Source: Amoebidium appalachense
Lineage: Eukaryota; Protista; Ichthyosporea
DNA length: 64,000 bases
Reading direction: 5' to 3'
Assembly (NCBI GenBank): GCA_963693365.1
Contig: CAVNZM010000003.1
Coordinates: 5,641,758-5,705,757 of the forward strand
Part shown: positions 41,600-54,352 of the stretch, piece by piece
Layout: each line of letters opens with the position of its first letter
Position numbering within the stretch: the stretch's first letter is position 1
Notes under the pieces: model-generated
The model's input: the letters and a program-made list of their open reading frames with translations, nothing else
Databases searched by the model: none
What the model was told of the DNA's origin: nothing
Translations under genes and position numbers: made by a program

Positions 41600-42660
41600 C
41601 TGCACCACTGTGTCTCTGCTTACGTCCCAAATACTTATACAATTTTACACTAGTCCCAAGCTCCCCCCGGCGTCCACCACCACCACCAACTTGAAGTCTT
41701 CCCTCATACCGGCCATGGGCCCGGGCAAGCAGTGAGAATCACTGCAGAGAGTCTGCCGACATGATGAGGACTAGTCCCTGAAGGAGTCGGTGACTGGCCT
41801 CGATCCCGTGACCTCCAAGTTGGCTGCTCACATGAAAATATTATAGAAAATGGTACCAGTAGTATGTACCCGACAGTATTAACGATACCAGTCTCGAGGG
41901 AGACTGCCGCGAGATCATCACCTTTAGGCTGGTCATCACCAGCGCAGGATACATGGCAAGAATGTCCATAAAGTGTGATAATTCCTCGTGAAAGAAGGTA
42001 AATTTTTTATCTTTTTTTTATTCGGCAAATGCGGCCTTTCTCAATTATGACGTAGTTAGGACGTAGTTCAACATTGCATGATTTCATTGATGATGTCACG
42101 AATTAGAGAATGACGTCACCTGATCATGTACAGGGTGGCTCACGTCCAACCGAAGCCGATAAAATTGGGAGCACTGATTGGTAGTTTCCATATATGTAAT
42201 GTTCGTTTTAGGAAAGTCCGGACATGGTAAAAATATTACATCACAATCGAGAAATGCCGACATAGTCGTTAAGCAGGGTTTCCCTGTACCTAGATCTTTG
42301 TTGCACTCCTGCAAATTCCTACAAACCAAGTTCTTACTTCATAACAACCATACAGTGATGGTATTTTTTAGGTGTCACGACGAGTTGAGCAAGGGAAGGG
42401 ACGTTACGGACAACGTCACGCTGCATGATTGCGATTCCTTTCAGTGCCACCGTTTGCAGTGACTCGGTGATCATGATAATCAGTGATTGACAGACGGATT
42501 GTGCCTGGTCCCCGTCTTACTGCACTCTGCAACGATTGCAACATCTGAAAAGAAGCAAAAAGAACAAACCTTTTGGAATTTTTTTTTCTTCTTTTGACTG
42601 GATTTATTCGACGGAAAGATATGCAAGTATGCACGGCATACTGAGAAGACAATAAAAACT

Positions 42661-44358
42661 TCACGAGTTATCCAGTAACAAGTGCATACTGAGATACCTG
42701 AACACTGTGTGAAAATCATATAAATACTCAATGTGACGACCAACAGAATTCAACAAAAAGTCTAAAGTGTTCACAATGCCAGCCAGTGTTGCAGACACCC
42801 GTAGGGAAAGAGGTAAAACGCGACATAAAAACTCACACCTATCAACATGCTTTCGATCAAAAAGTTCAGCACAAAAGTGGCACCAGCGGCGATGGAAACA
42901 AGAATTACAACGCCACTGCACATTCTTCCCAGGCAACATATACATCAGAGCACCATACAGACTTATCTACTAGGGTGGTATCCATACGTACAGCAGGAGA
43001 AATGTATCCTGCCAAAGCTCCCAAAAAGTGATAATGATGAGTACGGTGTTGCCTAAGGAACATAACACATGCCGACTGAATTTTACCTTTGATTTCTCTA
43101 TCAGACGAGAAAGAAACTTATACTGCGTATGTGTGTAATAACTCGAAAGGCAGAAAAAACAGGAAGAGAAAAGAAAGAGGGAGTGAGATAGCGAGAGGAA
43201 GGATCAGGTTGAAAGACGGTAGGCTGAGGACATTCAGAAGTGGCGTTGGTGAATCGGGGGGGAATAGGGATGGAGGGAGGGGGGGGAAAGAAAGCATAAA
43301 GAGGGTGGCCATCAGGTATTCTGACTAAATGAAAACAAAAACGAAGAGACAATTCCTCCATACGACAAACAGCAGACGACAATCAGAACATACTAATTCA
43401 ATAAGGGAGGCACAAACCGAGTACGAAACACTAGTGCGCAGCGCAGTACCCTGAAAATCATCGTCGAACTCTTTCAGCGCCATGGCCGCCTCGCGAGGTG
43501 GGGCGCAGGCCAATAGCGGAAGTCCATATTCGAAAGTTGGCCGTAAAAAAGTTTTATAGTAGAGAAGAAGGTTCGCAGGATCATGGATCACAGACTCCCG
43601 TTGAAGCATATTTGACACGATGTGAAGCTTACCCTTCACACGAACGATCCGTGTCGTGAGGAGCTTGCGGAAATCAATACACCGTGCAGTAAAAGGAATA
43701 CCCAGATAGTCATAGGTACTACCTCTGAACAGGAATTATAGGAAGACCGGCCAATCGAAAGGAAGAGTTTTTCGAAAAAGTAGCACACTTTGCAATTCCG
43801 ACTGTCATGAGATTCTCAGTGAACCATTGATCCACCTGACGAAGCATCTGGTGCATGACGGACGGTCTTCGGTTAAGGAACAAAGAACAATGAGTCGTCC
43901 GCAAAAAGGAGACCCGGTACACGCTGGGTATGCAGTTAGCCAAAAGGTTCGAGGGCACAGGCTAAACCGTCGATGAAAACGTCAAACGACAACGGATTCA
44001 GGAGGGGAGGGACCCCTGCAGAAGACCCCGAGAACGAGAAAACCTGGGCGTTAATGTTCCATTGACCGCCGCTCGTCTGCGAGTGGTATCGAACAGGGCT
44101 TGCAGAAGACGGCCAAAGGGGGCTGGTAAGCCCCGCATAGCCAGCTTATGCCATAACAAACCAGTGGGTACGGTGTCGTAGGCGTTCGTACGGTTGATGA
44201 ACTTGAAGACAACGTGCGGAGAGCCAGAAGTAATGGATTCATGGAGTAACAGGCTGTGGGTATAACACGAATTGGCATGACGAAAGCCCCCTTGAAGGGA
44301 AGAAAGACGGAACACGGCTTTTAAAGAATTGTCGGTGTTAAACGTGCCAAGAATGCAA
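42661..44358 (-). pseudogene. Decayed non-LTR (LINE) retrotransposon ORF2: RT domain plus C-terminal Cys/His motif
   Basis: Motifs in order: QGGFR, AYDTV...LWHKL, RGLLQGS, LLFADD (rc of gtcgtccgcaaaaaggag near 43895), YLGIPF, YKTFLRPTFEYGLP and CHFC...RKH...C...LDFLLN. There are multiple frameshifts. The 5' part is cut off by the LTR-like sequence at 44360. Confidence 0.8.
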
Positions 44359-44359
44359 C

Positions 44360-44477
44360 TGTTGGAATATGTCACTACGTAGGACAGCAAGAGTCTTGAA
44401 GTATGTATGTGTCTTAGCTTTGTTTGTATTCGTGTCTGCTCTCCTTCTTTGTGCTCTCCCCCCCTCTCTCCCTTTTT

Positions 44478-44566
<89 letters not shown>

Positions 44567-45135
44567 TATCTCTCTCTCTCCCTTGTTTCTGTGTGCACAG
44601 ATATCTGTAGATCTGTGCACACCTGGCTCAGTCTCTTGCCTGATAGAACTTATTTGTATTTTATCTGTGTTTGCTCTCCTCTGTTTAACTGAGAGGTAGT
44701 GTGATTGGCTAGCTATATTCGTTGACCTTTGTTTTAGTTCAAAGTGGCTTAGTTTTAGTTCACAATAGGATGACTCACCAATAGACGTGAGTGAGTGAGT
44801 ACATCTATAGATCGTGTTGTGCATGGCATTCCTGTCTATTAATATACGTGTTATGATTGGACCCAATAGAGATGTATGGAATTCGGTTTATCGTATTGTG
44901 TCTTCACTTTGAGAGTGTCGACTATTAGGAAATATATGTATTTAAATGAGTTTCTATCTAGAGACGAGTGGCATTGAAATATATATGTGTATTAATAGTG
45001 ACAAGATGTATAATTACTTAAGTCATTTAAGTAAGAGTTTCTAAGCTTCAGTTATGTCGGAAGTTGGAATGCGTATGCTCTGTCAGAATGTGTTTTTCGA
45101 TCATCTGATAGAACCGATTGGTTCTCCCTTTTACA
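44360..45135 (+). mobile_element. LTR-like repeat (TGTTG...TTACA), copy 1, with an internal deletion near its 3' end
   Basis: Colinear with the reverse complement of 59726-60589 but lacking its AATAAA-containing segment of about 130 bp. It abuts the LINE fragment. Confidence 0.55.
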
Positions 45136-46202
45136 TCAGCAAACTTCCCGGAAGTATTGCCAACGTATTTTTTGCTATTGGCGCTATTGGCGATATTGGC
45201 AATAGAACCCCTTGCCGCCAATAGGAACGCCATATTGCAATAATATTGCTTTGGTATTGTCAATGGTAATACAGTACCAATACCCTCTATTGTCGATATC
45301 CCGCTGATATGAATATATTATCCAGTATATGTTACATCAATATCGCCAATACATTAGAGTGCCATTACATTGCCATTGCATTACTATTGCGCTAGCATTA
45401 TAGACGTATTGCCAATATCAATTATACCCGGGCGATATTACAATAACAACCAAATAATATCAAAAATACAGATAATGATATGGATAATACTGTATTTTCG
45501 CATTGTAGTTGCACTATGAACGCATTATTAATGTATTGCCAATATGTAATTCATAGAAATACAAAGATTTAAATATCAAGAAACATATAAACAATGTATT
45601 GCCAACATATGATCCAACTATAATCAATATATAAATGCGGTATCGCCGATAGGTTGCTTATATATCGTGAGTATATTGATGACATAAACAGAGGTATGAT
45701 TAATACACTCCCAACACATTACAAATAAGAAATATGTAAGTATGTTCCATATCAAGCATATATTGCCAACATACGAATGATATCACCACCATAAAGATAT
45801 AAGTGTTGATAATGCATTACATATATATTATAAATATCACACTATATTATCCAAATACATTGCCAATAAATTGATAATGGGAACGAATGCATGCAAAGTA
45901 CAGTATAAGTGCGCTTATAATATGAAAGGCATATCGGAGTAACGTCTTATATCTAAGAATAATACGTATGACGAACATTGCCAATGTATTAATAATAGCT
46001 TTATTGATACCTCAATCACATGCTCAATATATTGGCAATATGCACACGGTACGGTAAGCACAGCCCCATGATCATTATCAATGAATTGTCAATGTATTGC
46101 ACATGTCGACATCCATACGTGTTCCGTATGGTCACTTTATTAACTTCGGTTGGATAGTGGCATCAAGCACACAAGTAAACAACACAACTAATATACCACC
46201 CC

Positions 46203-46542
46203 AAGAGCAACACAGAAACGAAACACGGAAACAACAGCAGCCATAGGACAAAGAGCCCCAGACCCACAGGGTCTTGCCTCCATACTTTATTTACCTTAAC
46301 AGGACAAAGAGCCGGTACCCACCTATGGGTGCTAAACATGCACATGATCATTCATGTGCTATAAGAGCAACACAGAAACGAAACACGGAAACAACAGCAG
46401 CCATAGGACAAAGAGCACCAGACCCACAAGGTCTTGCCTCCATACTTTATTTACCTTAACAGGACAAAGAGCCGGTACCCACCTATGAAACGAAAAACGG
46501 AAACAACAGCAGCCATAGGACAAAGAGCCGGTACCCACCTCT
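46203..46542. repeat. Local tandem duplication (about 125 bp unit at 160 bp spacing, plus a partial third copy)
   Basis: aagagcaacacagaaacgaaacacgg...ccggtacccaccta at 46203 and 46363, with a partial copy at 46488-46542. Confidence 0.85.
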
Positions 46543-46648
46543 AGATGATAACGGAGCCTTATAGCTGCTGATGACTTCATGGGCCAACCTTGCCAAAACC
46601 TGTAAAGGAACTCGAGCTAAGAATTAGCTCATCCTACTTGCGAGAAGT

Positions 46649-46706
<58 letters not shown>

Positions 46707-46785
46707 GAGGGGGCTGACTGAGAGTGGCAAAAAAAGAGTCGACAGAACCAACCTCAAAAATAGTAAGGACGGAAACCCGGACCAG

Positions 46786-47313
46786 AACTTATGAAGTCTT
46801 AGAGAAGCAGAAAATAGCTTGAACGATCGGTGGAGGGGATGATAGCTATAGTGCTAACAGCAAAAGTAGTGCCCACAGTCGCTGGTTCATGAACGTGAAA
46901 GGCAACGTGCATCTGCAGCCAGCAGACACACGCACACGCACGCACACACACACACATACACACACACACACACAGACACAGACACAGACATAATCACAGG
47001 ACGGACACAGACCAGACAGACAAACGCCATATGCACAAAAGCAGGCAACACAAAACTAACCTTCAAAGGGCAGCATGGTCCAAAACAATCAGCACGGTGG
47101 CTGCGCGATCTGCGGAGGGGATCTGTGACCAGGCGACCTGCGGGAAGGGAACTGCGACCAGGCGACCTGCGGGAAGGGACCTGCGACCAGGCGACCTGCG
47201 GGAAAGGACCTGCGGACCTGCGGGAAGGGGGAAGAGAAATGGAGCAAACAACGTGCGTACAGGCTTAAATGGAGAAAAAATTGCAAACCGGATTGGGATT
47301 TAGCCAATCACTA
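46786..47313. repeat. Dispersed direct duplication, copy 1 (homologous to 57981-58563); contains a 27-bp GACCAGGCGACCTGCGGGAAGGGA tandem
   Basis: Colinear match from aacttatgaagtc to tagccaatcactatt. Confidence 0.85.
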
Positions 47314-47574
47314 TTCGCCGCGCCTGATTAGGAAAAAGATAAAAATAGATTTCGGCTCGCGCGCGCGCGTGCATCAGCTTGGTGCCCTTAGCGCTACCCT
47401 TAGTGCCCTTAGTCACAACTATCAGACTATAGTTACGTGTCCTCCACTTCTTTGTTCTTGACCATTTTTTCGGCATGAAAGGGTTTCTGTTACTTCTTGC
47501 TGTCCTTCTTAGCGTGCTTGCTTGTCTTTTTTTCAACATGGGTGTCACTGGCGCTTTCGACTTCTTTGAAATCA

Positions 47575-47605
<31 letters not shown>

Positions 47606-47635
47606 GCGCGCACGCACACACACTCACACATGCAC

Positions 47636-47667
<32 letters not shown>

Positions 47668-48142
47668 GGCGCGCACACACAGGCACGCACACACACACAG
47701 GCGCACACCTACACAACACACACAGCACAGGCACACACAAGCGCACACACGCACACACCCTGTTATCCCTGATCATGATGCCCCCTCCCCCCCTCCCCTC
47801 TTCCCCCCCCGCGCACCCCCCCCCCCCCCCCCCCCCACCCCACCCACCCCACCCACCCACCTACAAAGACGAAAACATTGTACATGTATTGCATACACAA
47901 ATATACTCGCACATATACATACACACATTCACTTTTAATCTTTCAGGCTACATGTGCAATATACATTAATTATGCACAGTCGATAGAATTCGTTGTGAAA
48001 CCCCCCCCCCCCCCCCCCCCCCCTCCTCGTTCCCCCCATATGCAATGGGGATAATATTGTTTCCCGCTATTAATAAAAAAAATCACCGTTCTAACTTCCT
48101 AAGACCGAACCACTTGTAACACCGACAGTTTCGGTTGTGTGG

Positions 48143-48180
<38 letters not shown>

Positions 48181-48306
48181 CCTCCCCCCCAACCCACCCA
48201 CCACCACCTTACCAATATTGAGGTGTACACTGCCCCCACATCCCCAACTGTGTGCTGAATATCCCGTGCTAGGAAACCAATAACGTGAAAGTAACACATG
48301 CCGCAT

Positions 48307-51300
48307 GTGGGTAGTTATTGAAAAAACCAATAATGTCTAGGTACCATACTATGTACATATACTATGCTACAAAGGGGGTTCTATACGAGCTACAACGTTG
48401 TGTTTTTTTCGTGTGACCCTCGTACTCCAGGGGCACATTCACCATCCCCCCCATAAACTTTGTGGTAAAGTTCTCGTGCTAGAAGCTGTTCTGTGGGTAG
48501 TTATTGAAAAAACGAATAATGTCTAGGTAACACATGTACATATGCTATGCTACAAGGGGGGTTCTATTCGAGCTACAATGTTGTGTTTTTTTTGTGTGAC
48601 CCTCGTACTCCAGGGGCACATTCACCATCCCCCCCATAAACTTTGTGGCAAATCTCTCGTGCTAGAGGCTGTTCTGTGGGTAGTTATTGAAAAACCAATA
48701 ATGTCTAGGTAACGTATGTACATATACTATGCTACAAGGGGGGTTCTATACGAGCTACAACGTTGTGTGTTTTTTTCGTGTGACCCTTGTACTCCAGGGG
48801 TACATTCACCATCCCCCCCATAAACTTTGTGGTAAATGTCTCGTGCTAGAAGCTGTTCTGTGGGTAGTTATTGAAAAAACCAATAATGTCTAGGTAACAC
48901 ATGGACATATACTATGCTACAAGGGGGTTCTATTCGAGCTACAATGTTGTGTTTTTTTCGTGTGACCCTTGTACTCCAGGGGTACATTCACCATCCCCCC
49001 CATAAACTTTGTGGTAAATGTCTCGTGCTAGAAGCTGTTCTGTGGGTAGTTATTGAAAAAACCAATAATGTCTAGGTAACACATGGACATATACTATGCT
49101 ACAAGGGGGTTCTATTCGAGCTACAATGTTGTGTTTTTTTCGTGTGACCCTCGTACTCCAGGGGCACATTATCCATCCCCCCCATAAACTATGTGGTAAA
49201 TTTCTCGTGCTAGAAGCTGTTCTGTGGGTAGTTATTGAAAAAAAAATAATGTCTAGGTAACATACTATGTACATATACTATGCTACAAGGGGGGTTCTAT
49301 ACGAGCTACAACGTTGTGTTTTTTTCGTGTGACCCTCGTACTACAGGGGCACATTCACCATCCCCCCCATAAACGTTGTGGTAAATCTCTCGTGCTAGAG
49401 GCTGTTCTGTGGGTAGTTATTGAAAAACCAATAATGTCTAGGTAACATATGTACATATACTATGCTACAAGGGGGGTTCTATACGAGCTACAACGTTGTG
49501 TTTTTTTCGTGTGACCCTCGTACTCCAGGGGCACATTCGCCATCCCCCCATAAACTGTGTGGTAAATTTCTCGTGCTAGAAGCTGTTCTGTGGGTAGTTA
49601 TCGAAAAAACCAATAATGTGTAAGTAACACATGTGCATATATTATGCTACAGGGGGGGTTCTATTCGAGCTACAACGTTGTGTTTTTTTTGTGTGACCCT
49701 CGTACTCTAGGGGCACATTCACCATCCCCCCCATAAACTGTGTGGTAAATGTCTCGTGCTAGAAGCTGTTCTGTGGGTAGTTATTGAAAAAACCAATAAT
49801 GTCTAGGTAACACATGTACATATACTATGCTACAAGGGGGGTTCGATACGAGCTACAACGTTGTGGTTTTTTCGTGTGCCCCTCGTACTCCAGGGGCACA
49901 TTCACCATCCCCCCCCATAAACGTTTTGGTATATTTCTCGTGCTAGAGGCTGTTCTGTGGGTAGTTATTGAAAAACCCAAAAATGTCTAGGTAACACATG
50001 GACATATACTATGCTACAAGGGGGGTTCTATACGAGCTACAACGTTGTGTTTTTTTCGTGTGACCCTCGTACTCCAAGGGCACATTCACCATCCCCCCCA
50101 TAAACTGTGTGGTAAATGTCTCGTGCTAGAAGCTGTTCTGTGGGTAGTTATCGAAAAAACCAATAATGTGTAAGTAACACATGTACATATACTGTGCTAC
50201 AAGGGGGGTTCTATACGAGCTACAACGTTGTGTTTTTTTCGTGTGACCCTCGTACTCCAGGGGCACATTCACCATCCCCCCCATAAACGTTGTGGTAAAT
50301 GTCTCGTGCTAGAAGCTGCTCTGTTGGTAGTTATTGAAAAAACCAATAATGTGTAAGTAACACATGTACACATATTATGCTACAAGGGGGGTTCTATTCG
50401 AGCTACAACGTTGTGTTTTTTTCGTGTGACCCTCGTACTCCAGGGGCACATTCACCATCCCCCCCATAAACTCTGTGGTAAATTTCTCGTGCTAGAAGCT
50501 GTTCTGTGGGTAGTTATCGAAAAAACCAATAATGCCTCAGTAACACATGTACATATACTATGCTACAAGGGGGGTTCTATTCGAGCTACAACGTTGTGTT
50601 TTTTTCGTGTGACCCTCGTACTCCAGGGGCACATTCACCATCCCCCCCATAAACTGTGTGATAAATGTCTCGTGCTAGAAGCTGTTCTGTGGGTAGTTAT
50701 CGAAAAAACCAATAATGTGTAAGTAACACATGTACATATACTATGCTACAAGGGGGGTTCTATACGAGCTACAACGTTGTGTTTTTTTCGTGTGACCCTC
50801 GTACTCCAGGGGCACATTCACCATCCCCCCCATAAACGTTGTGGTAAATGTCTCGTGCTAGAAGCTGCTCTGTTGGTAGTTATTGAAAAAACCAATAATG
50901 TGTAAGTAACACATGTACACATATTATGCTACAAGGGGGGTTCTATTCGAGCTACAACGTTGTGTTTTTTTGGTGTGACCCTCGTACTCCAGGGGCACAT
51001 TTACCATCCCCCCCATAAACTCTGTGGTAAATTTCTCGTGCTAGAAGCTGTTCTGTGGGTAGTTATAGAAAAAACCATTAATGCCTCAGTAACACATGTA
51101 CATATACTATGCTACAAGGGGGGTTCTATTCGAGCTACAACGTTGTGTTTTTTTCGTGTGACCCTCGTACTCCAGGGGCACATTCACCATCCCCCCCATA
51201 AACTGTGTGATAAATGTCTCGTGCTAGAAGCTGTTCTGTGGGTAGTTATTGAAAAACCCAAAAATGTCTAGGTAACACATGTACATATATTATGCTACAA

Positions 51301-51830
51301 GGGGGGTTCTATTCGAGCTACAACGTTGTGTTTTTTTCGTGTGACCCTCGTACTCCAGGGGCACATTCACTATCCCCCCCATAAACGTTGCGGTAAATGT
51401 CTCGTGCTAGAAGCTGTTCTGTTGGTAGTTATTGAAAAAACCAATAATGTGTAAGTAACACATGTACATATACTATGCTACAAGGGGGTTTCTATTCGAG
51501 CTACAAACTTGTGTTTTTTTGGTGTGGCCCTCGTACTCCAGGGGCACATTCACCATCCCCCCCATAATCTTTGTGGTAAATTTCTCGGGCGAGAGGCTGT
51601 TCTGTGGGTAGTTATTGAAAAAACCAAAAATGCCTAGGTTGAACACATGGACATATACTATGCTACAAGGGGGGTTCTATACGAGCTACAACGTTGTGTT
51701 TTTTTCGTGTGACCCTCGTACTCCAAGGGCACATTCACCATCTCCCCTTATAATTTGTGGTGAATTTATCGTGCTAGAAGCTACTCTGTGGGTAGTTAGT
51801 GAAAAAACCCGATGCTTATAAGTAACGCAT
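48307..51830. repeat. About 183 bp satellite array, about 19 copies, with a 549-bp (3-mer) higher-order repeat
   Basis: The monomer anchor gtgggtagttattgaaaaaacc recurs at 48307, 48493, 48676, 48860 and onward. Variant markers recur at 549-bp spacing (aatgcctcag at about 50531 and 51080; ctgttggtag at about 50321, 50870 and 51419). Confidence 0.95.
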
Positions 51831-52061
51831 GCACAAATTTTCACCATAGCATTATACTACCATAGTAGTTGGTCGACAATAACGATATATTGGGAACGTG
51901 GACACCATATTGTAAACCAAAAAATAATAACACCATAATATACTACACATACCTAACAATGTATTGTGAATGAATAAAATACTTGCTTACGTGCTGGTAA
52001 AATACGAGAAACAAGGATTCTCTCGCTCTTTTTTTCTTTCTTTTTTGTTTGTTTTTGTGTT

Positions 52062-52128
<67 letters not shown>

Positions 52129-52259
52129 AGGGGGGGGGGGGGGGGGGGTATACCCCCATACGATCATTATAGTGATCTCATTATATGCCCCATACGACCA
52201 CCATAAGGATCGCTAGTTATACCCCCATACGATCATCATAGTGATCTCATTCTATGCCT

Positions 52260-54315
52260 TCTATGAAAACTACTCCGGGACGTGTGTTGCCTCTAGGGGG
52301 ACATCCCCTTGGACGAAAGTGAACCTGCAATGGTTGTAAACCACGGCAAGCCCCCAGTCATCAATTTATTGATCCGTGAGGTCCTTGTGCCCAAAAAACG
52401 GGGGAAGTCTTCGCCCCGTGAAAAAACAGCACGCATGTGTGGATCAATGGGGGTGAGTGTGGGTGTAGGTGGGTGGGTGAAAAGAAAATGTATAGCCGTA
52501 AGGGCTGTAGGTGCTCAACACAGAAGATGTGTTTGTAGCTTGCTGATCTGCTGAAAACTGTCTTGCTTATATACCTAAGCCTACCGACCTGAGCCAATTG
52601 AAAATCGATCCAGTGATATGTGAATCTGAATCGAACCAATCAAAATCGGTCTAGCGATATGTGGAATCTGATGTTTTGATTAGCTAATAGGTGCCCGTGT
52701 GCGAGCGGCCAATCGCGAACTGCTAAAACACGAAACGAAGCCTACATGGTTATGTCAATATCGAACACCCATCCTACGTGTTTACCCAGAAAAATATTTA
52801 TGTCAATAAATTCCACAAATAAAACCTCTATGAAAACTACTCCGGGACGTGTGTTGCCTCTAGGGGGACATCCCCTTGGACGAAAGTGAACCTGCAATGG
52901 TTGTAAACCACGGCACGAGAGCAGTATGCTTGCTCCAAAGGTTTCACTTAAGGATAGAGGCAAATACACGTTTGTTAGTGGCAGCCATGGGGGCCGGCGA
53001 AGTCGAGTATAGATCAGGGAACAGTCGGAAGATCATCTGCCAAGTTGTTGGATCCTGGAGTCGTCGACCCCGGCCTCGGCCAGGGCTGTGGCCCCCCCAA
53101 TTCGGAGGCTGTGGCCGGCAAACCGGGAGGGTGAGAGGCCTGCCCGGGAGAGGAGGGCACGGAAGTCGTCAGAGAAAACACCCTTGGTGTAGGGAATGCC
53201 ACCGAGACTGAACAGGGGGTCGTCAGGTTGACCGGATGTCGTATCCAGGAACTGCCGGAGGAGATGGGCTGGGGAGAAGTGGGTGAGAGGCAGGGCAGCT
53301 AGAGTGACGTTGACACTTAGGGCTGTACATCCATCTTGGAGGTTGGCAGGTGGAGGGTGGCATGGGACAAAGTACTGGTGGGGGTGTAGCTGAAGGTCAC
53401 GTCCTTCCATTTCACGTGACGGGACGGGTCGAAGGAAGTCAGGGTCTTGGAGGTAAATTCCCACGAACGGAGGAGACCACAAAAACCGACGATGAGGGCC
53501 GTCCAAAGCCGGCGATTGGCTGAGGAGGCCTGGGTGGGGCACTGGCCATGGAGTAGGCCGAGGTGGGAGGGCAGGAGGGGTTCTCTGGGAGATGATCGGG
53601 GTCGGATGTTGTGAGAAAAGCTGCCATCTGCCCACCCCTTGTAGGAACCAGGCGAGAGACTTGTCGTGGGGGTAGGGAGCCGGAAGTCCCATGTCGAGGT
53701 GGAGTCTGGTGATAGCCGAATTGTAGCCGGCCAAGGAAGAGGCCTGTACCCCTTGTTGGGCACACCAGGCAAGAAAGAGCTGCACGGTGTGTGGGGAGGC
53801 CGGGAGGTAGGACCCGGAGGAGGATGGCAGCCGAGATGCCACAAAAATCGATGAACACTTTCTGCACCCGGGAGTAGAAGGCCCGAGAGTCGAGGTTGAG
53901 ACTCAGGGCCTGGCACTCCTGCAGGGTAGTGGTGGCTCGAAGCAGCACGGCCGGAGCAAAGTGGGGGGCCAATCTGCCAGCGTTGCTCCGGAAGGGAAGA
54001 TCGGGGGGGGGGGGGAGGGGGAGGGGGGGTTGAGCCCAGGGGAAGGGAGAGGGCATGTGCCGGAAGGCAGCCTGCACGTCTGCCACTGCCATGTAGCAGC
54101 CGGGGCCTGCGTCGAGAATGAGCTGGGGTCCCGGGCTTGTTTTTGTAGTAACGGCGCCGATGGGGGAGGAACGGAGGACCGGAAACTCAGCAAGGAATTG
54201 GTCCGGGAAGAGGGTGGCCGCGCTGGTGGCCGAGGGGGGGCTGGGCCTCCGGGTCTGAGCCTCGGGGGAAGGTGTGGTTAGCAAGGGTGGGGCACCCTCG
54301 GGGAGACCCCGGCAG

Positions 54316-54352
<37 letters not shown>

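Noticed and set aside
42128-42290. TACAGGGTG mariner-like terminus
   Set aside because: No convincing matching inverted end or transposase remnant was found.
48307-51830. CRISPR array, or coding repeats (103-aa ORFs at 50411 and 50960)
   Set aside because: There are no unique spacers. The ORFs arise because the monomer is 3x61 nt, and most monomers contain stops.
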